Sequence record: PP438435.1
Length of the DNA: 64,000 nucleotides
Strand: one strand, 5' to 3'
Made by a program: the position numbers and the translations under genes
The notes under the pieces: model-generated
The model's input: only the letters and a program-made list of their open reading frames with translations
What the model was told of the DNA's origin: nothing
Databases searched by the model: none
In this document: positions 56,649 through 64,000 of the stretch, in pieces
How positions within the stretch are numbered: position 1 is the stretch's first letter
Layout of the letters: each line of letters opens with the position of its first letter

Positions 56649-59600
56649 ATGTCGACTCCCGCTCTCGAAACCGTCAAGTGGTTCGATCTCTCTTCCTACA
56701 GCCTCACGCTGATGCTGATGCGCGGCGACCAGGGCAAATCTTGGTTGCTCGCCTACGGGGCTGTCGACGCGCATGCGCAGGCTCTGGAGCGTCTGGGGAT
56801 GCGGCCGCATCCTCAGACGCCGGGATCGTGGTTCCGCGGGTTCGGCGCCGGGCAGACGCTGCGCGCGCAGGACGTCGCTGCGGCGTTCCCGGAGGTCAAG
56901 TACGTGGAGCTGCCCCGTGGCCGAGTCGTCGTCGAAACGCTGGCATCTCAGCGCACGGCGTCGAGCGAGCCGGCAGCCATCTCCAGGGCGCCGGCGGCAC
57001 AGCAGCGGAGCGAGTTCGGGCGGATGGTTGCGCGGGTCCTCGCACAGTCCGGGCTCGTCGTCTCGGACGAGCGAGCGGAGATGCGCCTCTATGGCGATGT
57101 GTCGCAGCCCGCGGTGCGGTTGCAGTCCAGCACCGCAGACGCGGCGCTACGGCTGCGCATCGAGCGTCTCGGCGCGGGGCGCACGGTGATGGGGTCGGTG
57201 GTGGCTCAGCTGGATGGCGCAGGACAGTGGCATGTGTCCGGGGCGTCGACGTGGACAGGCGCCTCCGGCTATCGCGATGCCGCCGACACCCTGGGCGCGA
57301 TGGCGCTGATGCGGGCCCTTGTCGAGGCAGGGCTGGCGTCGCAAGCGCCCGCGTTCGCCGCCGACTTCGTCGAGGTGGACGAGACCATTTCGTCCGACGT
57401 CGTCGGCCGACCCTTCAAGCTCGAGACCTCCGGTGGCGCGGTGGCGACGGCGTGGGTCACGGCATACAGCGTCGCGGGTGGCCGCCAATGGCTCGATGTC
57501 ACTTTCGAGGACGACATGGGGCGGCCGCGACTGCGGGTCGCCGCCTTCGAGCGGGCGCCGGGGCGCACTGTGGAACTGTGCGTTGCCGAAGCGCTTCAGA
57601 GCGCGGAAGCTGCGCTGCCCGTGGGTGCATGGCGCGCCCCGGACCAACCCGCCCCGCGGCGCGTCGCGCGCTCGACAACTGCGTGGCTTCAGGAGACTGG
57701 CAATGAGCTCGAATCCCCGCGTGCGTCCCCTGCACGAACTGATACCCCCCGCGTCGACGCCGGAAGCGCTGGCCCAGCTGGATCTGGAGATGCTGATGGC
57801 AGCCGGCGACCCGGCCGCGGCGATCGCGAACTCGGTGACGGCGTCGCCGACGCAGGCGACGCCGGTCTGGCAGGAGGATCTGACGAATCAGATCTACGAG
57901 AAGCTGCTGGCGTCGAATCCGCCAGACCCGACGCTGACGTACGAGGCGCGGTTGATGCACATGGCGAAGCTGATGGAGGAGGCGCGGGAGCACGCCCGCA
58001 GCAGTGGTCTGCCGTCGCGGGGCGCGACGCAGGTCGCCGCCGCCGTCTTGGCGGCCCGAGCAGCGCCCCGCGAGGATCAGACCACCGACTGAGTGCGGTT
58101 CCAGCAGAGGTTAGCTTCAACCACGCGCGGGCGACCGAAGCGAATATGGCGGCGCTGCGCGCGCTGAAGCGCATTGAGCAGCGGCCTGCGGGCGAGGACG
58201 CCGACCCCGAGGATCTTGCAGCGGTCTCGCGCTACATTGGCTGGGGCGGCCTGCCGCAGGTGTTTGCGCGTCATAGCGACTTGCACCGTGCCTTCCATGA
58301 TGAGCTGCAGTCCCTTCTGAGCGAGTCCGAATACGAGGCCGCGAAGGCTTCCACGCTCAATGCCCATTTCACCGCTTACCCGGTCATTGATGGCATCTGG
58401 CAGGCGCTGCAGCACCTGGGCGTGCGCGAGGGCGTGGGCCTGGAGCCGGGTGCCGGCGTTGGGCGGTTCATCGGCCGACGCCCGGAGGCGCTGTCGGAGT
58501 CGGTCGAGTTCGTCGCGGTCGAACAGGACGGTGTGTCGGCGCGAATCCTGAAAGCGCTGTATCCGGCGGCACAGGTGCATGCCGTGGGCTACGAGCGCAC
58601 GGCCATCCCCGACGGCAGCGTCGACTTCGTGGTGGGCAACGTCCCATTTGGCGCGTACAGCGTCTACGACCCGCGCTACAAGACGTTGCGCGCCCCCATC
58701 CACGACTACTTCATCGTCAAGAGCCTGGACAAGCTGGCGCCCGGTGGCGTGATGGCGGTGATCACGTCCACGGGCACGCTGGACAAGCAGAGCCCGACGG
58801 CGCGCGAGGCCATGTACGCGAGTGCGGATCTGCTGGGCGCGTTTCGCATGCCTGGCACCACGTTCCGGGACAACGCGGGCACCGACGTCACCACCGACCT
58901 GCTGGTGTTTCGCAAGCGGCTTCCGGATGACGTGGCGCAACCGTTCGATTGGCGCGATCTCGTGTCCATGAAGGGTGCCGACGACAGCGAAATCGCCGTC
59001 AACCGAATCTTCCAGGGTGCGAAGGACGGCAATTCGCGAGGCGTCGTGTTGGGCTGGCTCGTCAGCGATCGGAGCCAGTACGGCCGCGAGCGCGTGGTGG
59101 CTACCCATCGGCATCCCAAGAGTCGCGAGGAAGCGCTGCCCGTGGGCCGATGGCCAGAGGTGTACCGCAAGGTGCTCCCTGCGGGCGTCCACGCGCCCAT
59201 CGACACGCCCCAGGAGCAGCCGCTGCTGTCACCCGCGGACATGGCCACCAACGCCGCGCGCGAAGGGCGCTACGTGGTGGAAGACGGACGCGTGTGCTGC
59301 ATCTACGAAGGCCAACCGGTGGCGTTGCCGGGCCTGAGTCGCCTGGATGAGTCGCGCCTACGGCTGATGATTCCGGTGCGCGACACCCTGCGCGCGCTTG
59401 TCGACGAGCAGCTCGTGGGGTGCTCGGACGAGCGCTTGGCGGAGTTGCAGGCGCGGTTGAACGCGGCCTACGACGCTTTTGTCGGGACACATGGGCCAAT
59501 GTCGCGGCCTGCGAATCGCCGGCCATGGATCGATGATCCGGACGCGATGCTGGTGCTGGCTGCGGAGGTGTACGACGCGGACTCGAATACCGCAACACGC

Positions 59601-62600
59601 GCTGCAATCTTCAGTGAGCGGACGCTCGGTCCACGCCAAGCGGCAGCGACGGTGGAGTCCCCCACGGAAGCGCTCACGTTGTGCATCAACGAACTGGGGC
59701 GTGTGGACCCCGCGCGCATCGAGGCGCTGAGCGGAAAGCCCTGGGAGAGCGTGCGCGAAGCCTTGCGCGGCGAGATCTTCTTCGACCCCGAGATCGGGCG
59801 CTGGGATCTGGCGGCGCGCTATCTGTCCGGGCACATCCCGCGCAAGCTCGACATCGCGCGCAGCGCAGCCGAGACCGACCCTTCGATCGCGGAGAACGTG
59901 GCAGCGCTCGAAGCCCGTCTGCCGCGGCGTGTTGTCGCCGAGGAGATCGATGTCACGCTCGGCAGCCCGTGGGTCGGTGCCGACTATGTGCAGGCATTCG
60001 CGCAGGAGGTGCTCGGCGGCATCGTGCCTACCGTGCTCCACAACCCCTCGATCGCGTCGTGGCGCGTCGAGGGCGCCAAGTCAGGAGCGCCGACGCGCTG
60101 GAGCACCCAGCGCATGGATGCGTGGCGGCTGCTTGAGCTCGCGTTGAATGGGCAGTCTCCGCAGGTGTGGGACTCGATCGAGGTCAAGGGCAGCGAAGTG
60201 CGCGTCCTGAACACTGAGCAGACAGCGCTCGCGATCGAGATGCAGAAGCAGATGAAGCATGAGTTCGCGGGTTGGATCTTCCGCGACAGTGAGCGTCGGG
60301 CGAAGCTCGAAGACCGGTACAACTACCTCTTCAATGGCTACCGCAGCCCGGACTACTCCGGGCTCAAGCTGCGCGTGCCGGGCCTTGCGCTGGGCATGGC
60401 GTATCGCGATCACCAGACGACGGGGATTGCGCGCGGGGTGCTGGAGCAGAATACGCTGTTGGCGCACCCGGTGGGGTTCGGCAAGACCGCGACAATCGCT
60501 GGCACGGTCATGCTGGGGCGCTCGCTCGGCATCATCAACAAAGCCGGCATCGTGACGCCGAAGAATGTCATCTATCAGTTCGCCGCGGAGATCGTGCGGT
60601 TCTTCCCGAACGCGCGGGTACTCACCATTCGCCCGGAAGACTTGAGCCGAAAGGGCCGCGCGCAGTTCTGGCGGCGCGTGCAGGTGTCGAATCCGGACGT
60701 GATCCTCGTGACTCCGGAGGCCTTCAAGCGACTTCGACTGCCGGCAGAGGCCGAGCGGCGCTATCTCGCTGAAGAGCTGGCCCGGATCGACATGGCGCTG
60801 GCGTGGGAGGCCGAGGTCAATGGCAGCAAGAGCAGCAAGTCTGCGACGCGTGAAGTCAAGCGCCTGGAGCGGCTGAAGCAGGGCATGAAGGCGCGGCTTG
60901 AGCGACTGCTGAACCTGGATGAGAAGGACGACAACCGCATCTCGCTGAAGGATCTCGGCGTCGACGCTCTGTGCGTGGATGAAGCGCATCGCTACAAGAA
61001 CCTGCAGGTGGTGTCGCGAGAGCGCGTGCTGGGCGTGCCCACGGCGGCGAGCCAGCGCGCCTCCGATATGCACTCGAAGGTGCGCTACATCCAGAACATG
61101 GGCGGCCGCGTCGTCTTCGCCACCGGCAGCTTCATCACCAACACGCTCGCCGAGGCGTTCAACGTCCAGCGCTACCTGATGCAGGACGAGATGGAGGCCC
61201 AGGGTGTCGGCTTCTTCGACGCCTGGAAGGCGCAGTACGCGCACGTGGTCGGCTCGTTGGAGCCGGATCCGGGTGGTTCGGGCTATCGAACTGTGTCGCG
61301 CATGGCAGAGCTGCGCAATGTTCCCGAGTTGGTGGCCATGCTGGCGCAGGTTGTCGATGCTGTGGCGGACGACGCCTCGAAAGTCGGGGGTCGCCCCGAT
61401 CCGGTGTTCGTCACGCGCAGCGTCGAACCCACTGAGCTGCAGGCGCTCTATCGTGAAGCGCTGGCCGAGCGCGTCACCTTCATGCGTCAGCATCCAGCAG
61501 AGGCCAAGAAAGCCGGAGACAACATCCTCGTCGTCCTGGGCGACGCGCGGCGCAGCGCGCTTGACCTGCGCGCGCAGTTCCCGCATGCGCCGGCAGCCGC
61601 ATCCGGCGGGAAGCTCGCTGCTGTGGCTGCCGACATCCACGAGCGCTATGTGGCGTCGCAGGATCGCTTGGGGACACAGGCAGTGTTCCTTGACTTCGCG
61701 ACCCCGCCGTCGAGCAAGAAGCTCGATCGCGGTTGGAACGCATACGAAGAGCTCACCGCGAGGCTGGTCGCCCTCGGCATCCCGCGCGAGGAGATCGGGT
61801 GGGCGCACGACGCCAAGAACGACAAGGCGAAGGCGGAGCTCTTTCAGCGCGTCAAGCGTGGCGAGCTGCGCGTCGTGATCGGCTCTACGGAGAAGATGGG
61901 GGAGGGCACGAACATGCAGGATCGCATGGTGGCTATCCATCACCTGAACGCGCCGCATCACCCGGGGCACATCGTGCAGCGCAATGGACGTGGCATTCGC
62001 TTCGGCAACCTCAACACCTCGATCGCCATCTGCACGTGGGTGACCAAGGGGCTGCTGGAGGACTGGAACTGGCACCTCGTCACCCTGAAAGACGGCTTCA
62101 TTCGGCAGGTGACGGAAGGGCTCGCAGCGCACAGCGATGGCCAGGGCCTGGCGCGGCGCATTGTCGAGGATTCGGCGGCCATGTCGTTTGCGGACATCGA
62201 AGCGCACGCGTCGGACAACCCGCTGGTGAAGGACAAGGCCGTGATCGACGAACGTGTCCAGCGGCTGGAGATGCTGGAGCGCGCCGATGGGCAGGACCGC
62301 GGTGCTGCTCGCTCGGAGCTGAGCTTTTTGGAATCGAGCATTGCGAGTGACATGCGCGCTATCGAGCTCGCGACCGATTTCGCGGAGCAGGCCAAGATTC
62401 ACAGCGAGGAGGCGGAAGCCGCCCTTCTGCAAGAAGCGCGGAAGGGCGCGTCGGAACGCGTCGAGCGCATTTACGAGGGAGAGGTCGAACTCGCACAGGC
62501 CGATCCGCAGGCGTTGGCCAAGGCGCAGGCCGGTCGCAAAGAACGCTATCGGCTGATCGAGGAAGAGACGTTCGCGATGCGCGTGCGCGGTGTCGCACAG

Positions 62601-63293
62601 TTGGGGCGCGTTGCTGCAGGCAAGGCGCTGATCCGCGAGGTGGAGCGCATCAGCGGTAAGTTCGCCGCACGCGCCCCGTCCGTTGCGGAGTACAAGGGCG
62701 CGGCTATCAACCTGGTGCCGACGTATGCCGAGCCGAAGATCGAGATGTCATGTCGCGGCGTTGCGGCGAAGGTGACGACGGAGACCTCTGCAGATCCGGT
62801 CGGTATCGTTCGGCGCATCGAGAACCTTCATGCACAGATCGTGCGGGAGGCGGATGAGCTTGTGGCTCGCGTCGCTTCACGGCGGGAGAAAATGGCGGAG
62901 ATCCAAGCGCGCCTCGATGCGCCCTGGGGACACCGCCAGGAGCTGATGGATGCCCGGATCGAGCAGTCGCGCATCAATACCGAGCTTGCTGTGATGAACG
63001 AAGGTCAGGTCAAGGAGCCGCATGGCGCTGCGCTTGAGCGGTTCCTCCAGGCGTTCGAGGCGGCGGGCGGGGTGTTGCCTGTCGCGATGGAGGGCGCGGC
63101 GCCGACAGCCTTCGATGAGTTCGATTTCGAGGCCTTCAGTCTGGCCGAGGACGCCGCCGAAGAGGAGGAGGCCGAGGATGAAGGCTCCGAGCTGGGCGAA
63201 GCGGGTGAAACTGCGGCGTGCGACACTGATGAGGAGGATGCGTGCGGAGCCGCTGAACAGGTTCCGCGCGGCAAGCAGATTGCCATGGCATAA
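56649..63293 (+). CDS. DarB-like giant N6-adenine DNA methyltransferase / SNF2 helicase polyvalent protein
   Basis: YIGWGGL, LEPGAGVGRF (motif I), VGNVPFG (motif IV), AHPVGFGKT, VDEAHRYKN, GEGTNMQ, QRNGRGIRFGN; AAGGA RBS before ATG 56649. Confidence 0.9.
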   Translation: MSTPALETVKWFDLSSYSLTLMLMRGDQGKSWLLAYGAVDAHAQALERLGMRPHPQTPGSWFRGFGAGQTLRAQDVAAAFPEVKYVELPRGRVVVETLASQRTASSEPAAISRAPAAQQRSEFGRMVARVLAQSGLVVSDERAEMRLYGDVSQPAVRLQSSTADAALRLRIERLGAGRTVMGSVVAQLDGAGQWHVSGASTWTGASGYRDAADTLGAMALMRALVEAGLASQAPAFAADFVEVDETISSDVVGRPFKLETSGGAVATAWVTAYSVAGGRQWLDVTFEDDMGRPRLRVAAFERAPGRTVELCVAEALQSAEAALPVGAWRAPDQPAPRRVARSTTAWLQETGNELESPRASPARTDTPRVDAGSAGPAGSGDADGSRRPGRGDRELGDGVADAGDAGLAGGSDESDLREAAGVESARPDADVRGAVDAHGEADGGGAGARPQQWSAVAGRDAGRRRRLGGPSSAPRGSDHRLSAVPAEVSFNHARATEANMAALRALKRIEQRPAGEDADPEDLAAVSRYIGWGGLPQVFARHSDLHRAFHDELQSLLSESEYEAAKASTLNAHFTAYPVIDGIWQALQHLGVREGVGLEPGAGVGRFIGRRPEALSESVEFVAVEQDGVSARILKALYPAAQVHAVGYERTAIPDGSVDFVVGNVPFGAYSVYDPRYKTLRAPIHDYFIVKSLDKLAPGGVMAVITSTGTLDKQSPTAREAMYASADLLGAFRMPGTTFRDNAGTDVTTDLLVFRKRLPDDVAQPFDWRDLVSMKGADDSEIAVNRIFQGAKDGNSRGVVLGWLVSDRSQYGRERVVATHRHPKSREEALPVGRWPEVYRKVLPAGVHAPIDTPQEQPLLSPADMATNAAREGRYVVEDGRVCCIYEGQPVALPGLSRLDESRLRLMIPVRDTLRALVDEQLVGCSDERLAELQARLNAAYDAFVGTHGPMSRPANRRPWIDDPDAMLVLAAEVYDADSNTATRAAIFSERTLGPRQAAATVESPTEALTLCINELGRVDPARIEALSGKPWESVREALRGEIFFDPEIGRWDLAARYLSGHIPRKLDIARSAAETDPSIAENVAALEARLPRRVVAEEIDVTLGSPWVGADYVQAFAQEVLGGIVPTVLHNPSIASWRVEGAKSGAPTRWSTQRMDAWRLLELALNGQSPQVWDSIEVKGSEVRVLNTEQTALAIEMQKQMKHEFAGWIFRDSERRAKLEDRYNYLFNGYRSPDYSGLKLRVPGLALGMAYRDHQTTGIARGVLEQNTLLAHPVGFGKTATIAGTVMLGRSLGIINKAGIVTPKNVIYQFAAEIVRFFPNARVLTIRPEDLSRKGRAQFWRRVQVSNPDVILVTPEAFKRLRLPAEAERRYLAEELARIDMALAWEAEVNGSKSSKSATREVKRLERLKQGMKARLERLLNLDEKDDNRISLKDLGVDALCVDEAHRYKNLQVVSRERVLGVPTAASQRASDMHSKVRYIQNMGGRVVFATGSFITNTLAEAFNVQRYLMQDEMEAQGVGFFDAWKAQYAHVVGSLEPDPGGSGYRTVSRMAELRNVPELVAMLAQVVDAVADDASKVGGRPDPVFVTRSVEPTELQALYREALAERVTFMRQHPAEAKKAGDNILVVLGDARRSALDLRAQFPHAPAAASGGKLAAVAADIHERYVASQDRLGTQAVFLDFATPPSSKKLDRGWNAYEELTARLVALGIPREEIGWAHDAKNDKAKAELFQRVKRGELRVVIGSTEKMGEGTNMQDRMVAIHHLNAPHHPGHIVQRNGRGIRFGNLNTSIAICTWVTKGLLEDWNWHLVTLKDGFIRQVTEGLAAHSDGQGLARRIVEDSAAMSFADIEAHASDNPLVKDKAVIDERVQRLEMLERADGQDRGAARSELSFLESSIASDMRAIELATDFAEQAKIHSEEAEAALLQEARKGASERVERIYEGEVELAQADPQALAKAQAGRKERYRLIEEETFAMRVRGVAQLGRVAAGKALIREVERISGKFAARAPSVAEYKGAAINLVPTYAEPKIEMSCRGVAAKVTTETSADPVGIVRRIENLHAQIVREADELVARVASRREKMAEIQARLDAPWGHRQELMDARIEQSRINTELAVMNEGQVKEPHGAALERFLQAFEAAGGVLPVAMEGAAPTAFDEFDFEAFSLAEDAAEEEEAEDEGSELGEAGETAACDTDEEDACGAAEQVPRGKQIAMA
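57703..58092 (+). CDS. Nested 129-aa gene in the +1 frame of the DarB-like gene
   Basis: AGGAG RBS 7 nt before ATG; canonical GC3 codons in this frame while the host frame reads as a G/D/A/R-rich linker. Confidence 0.75.
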   Translation: MSSNPRVRPLHELIPPASTPEALAQLDLEMLMAAGDPAAAIANSVTASPTQATPVWQEDLTNQIYEKLLASNPPDPTLTYEARLMHMAKLMEEAREHARSSGLPSRGATQVAAAVLAARAAPREDQTTD

Positions 63294-63321
63294 GGGCGTG
63301 CTCGGCACGCGGGGGAGGCGT

Positions 63322-64000
63322 GTGTCGCAGGCGGTGGATGCGGTGATGCTGGCGTGCGTAGAGGCGCTCGCGCGGTGGCGAAGGCCCAGCTCGGGCGCAT
63401 GGGGGCTGATGGGTCCAGGCGCGTTGCGCCTGGCGCTTGGCGCCCCCGGCAGCGCCCCTTTGCTGGACGTCGCCGTGCCCGCGAATGCGGCCGTCGACCT
63501 CGATGAGGTTGCCGGGTTCCTGCATGTGGTCGCGGCCGCACGCGTCAGCAGTCGGTTGGGGAGTCATTGCGACGTGCAGCGCATCGATGCGCAGGTTCCG
63601 ACCCTGCAGGTTCTCGCTGTCGAGGAACACGTCAAGGTGGAGCTGCGCTTTCCAGCGCTGGTGTCGGAGGACGCGCTGCAGCAGCGTCAGCGCTGGCCGA
63701 TGGCGCGCCTGCACAGCGAAGGGTGGCCGGGGTGGAGCGTGGCCGCTCTGGTGGCCACGCCGCGCGTGTTGCTCGCTGACGTGGTGCGTCGTGTGGCTGA
63801 ATCGGAGCCCGGCGCTGAAGCTGATCTGCGGTGGCTGCTGGCGCGCGGGGTCACTGTGGCCGATGTGGACGTGGCGGCAGGGCTGGCTGGACGTGCGCAG
63901 GCGGTAGATGCCGCGCGGCTGCGTGAGATCGTGCTCGAGCACGGGATTTCCATGGACGATTGCGAGACTGCCGAGTCGGCGGCGGGTACGCGTCCTGAGC
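63322..64000 (+). CDS. 3'-truncated ORF absent from the ORF track; weak AbiEii/nucleotidyltransferase-like pattern
   Basis: GGAGG RBS, GTG start, no stop to the window end: MSQAVDAVMLACVEALARW...LMGPGALRLALG...EADLRWLLARG. Confidence 0.65.
   Translation, partial: MSQAVDAVMLACVEALARWRRPSSGAWGLMGPGALRLALGAPGSAPLLDVAVPANAAVDLDEVAGFLHVVAAARVSSRLGSHCDVQRIDAQVPTLQVLAVEEHVKVELRFPALVSEDALQQRQRWPMARLHSEGWPGWSVAALVATPRVLLADVVRRVAESEPGAEADLRWLLARGVTVADVDVAAGLAGRAQAVDAARLREIVLEHGISMDDCETAESAAGTRPE

Larger units (their letters stand above)
1..64000. mobile_element. Segment of a large conjugative element (megaplasmid/ICE) with a type IVB Dot/Icm transfer system
   Basis: Co-occurrence of icmP/L/K/E/C/D/B homologues, element-encoded DnaB/SSB/HU/RecD2, orphan methyltransferases, a DarB-like giant protein and many phage/plasmid-type hypotheticals. 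No housekeeping genes, rRNA or tRNA seen; element boundaries not visible. Confidence 0.9.

Noticed and set aside
57319-57702. Upstream extension of the nested ORF given by the ORF track
   Set aside because: Arg/Pro/Ser-rich off-frame composition; coding-like codons and the RBS start only at 57703.
60081-62432. 783-aa minus-strand ORF
   Set aside because: Antisense shadow of the SNF2 region of the DarB-like gene.
1-64000. CRISPR array, tRNA/rRNA, integrase, transposase, relaxase or oriT
   Set aside because: No regularly spaced direct repeats, RNA gene signatures or HUH/tyrosine-recombinase/DDE motifs recognised by eye.
37000-64000. Apparent G-over-C excess on the plus strand as a replication-strand signal
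   Set aside because: Impression only; needs a cumulative GC-skew calculation.

Overview
A GC-rich 64-kb segment of a large conjugative element (megaplasmid or ICE; no integrase, relaxase or oriT seen). It carries: (i) a phage-like replication block at 1-4630 (two winged-helix proteins, the second resembling a lambdoid O-type initiator, then a P-like loader and RecD2) plus its own DnaB, SSB-like, HU and UvrD-like genes; (ii) a type IVB (Dot/Icm, IncI Tra-like) transfer region with icmP, icmL-icmK-icmE-icmC-icmD-[unknown 467 aa]-icmB; (iii) three large secreted adhesin-like genes (cadherin-like repeats, invasin-like Ig lipoprotein, FG-GAP) and two proteins ending in an FxxGFE motif typical of Lysobacterales secreted proteins (host inference only); (iv) establishment-type cargo: DUF550 nucleotide pyrophosphohydrolase, C5 DNA methyltransferase, DUF5131, a small PD-(D/E)xK nuclease with an SNF2 helicase, and many small phage/plasmid hypotheticals; (v) two giant polyvalent genes (LPD1/metallopeptidase type, 1832 aa; DarB-like N6-methylase/SNF2, about 2214 aa). 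Top observations: a complete 129-aa gene with its own RBS nested in the +1 frame of the DarB-like gene; a shared N-terminal domain and acidic C-terminal blocks in both giant proteins, suggesting T4BSS delivery into recipients; a 14-bp palindrome CCTAGGCGCCTAGG in four sigma70-type promoters, defining a putative element regulon; and a possible catalytically dead PolB-fold protein in the icmJ slot of the T4BSS operon. All family calls come from motif recognition by eye, not database searches.
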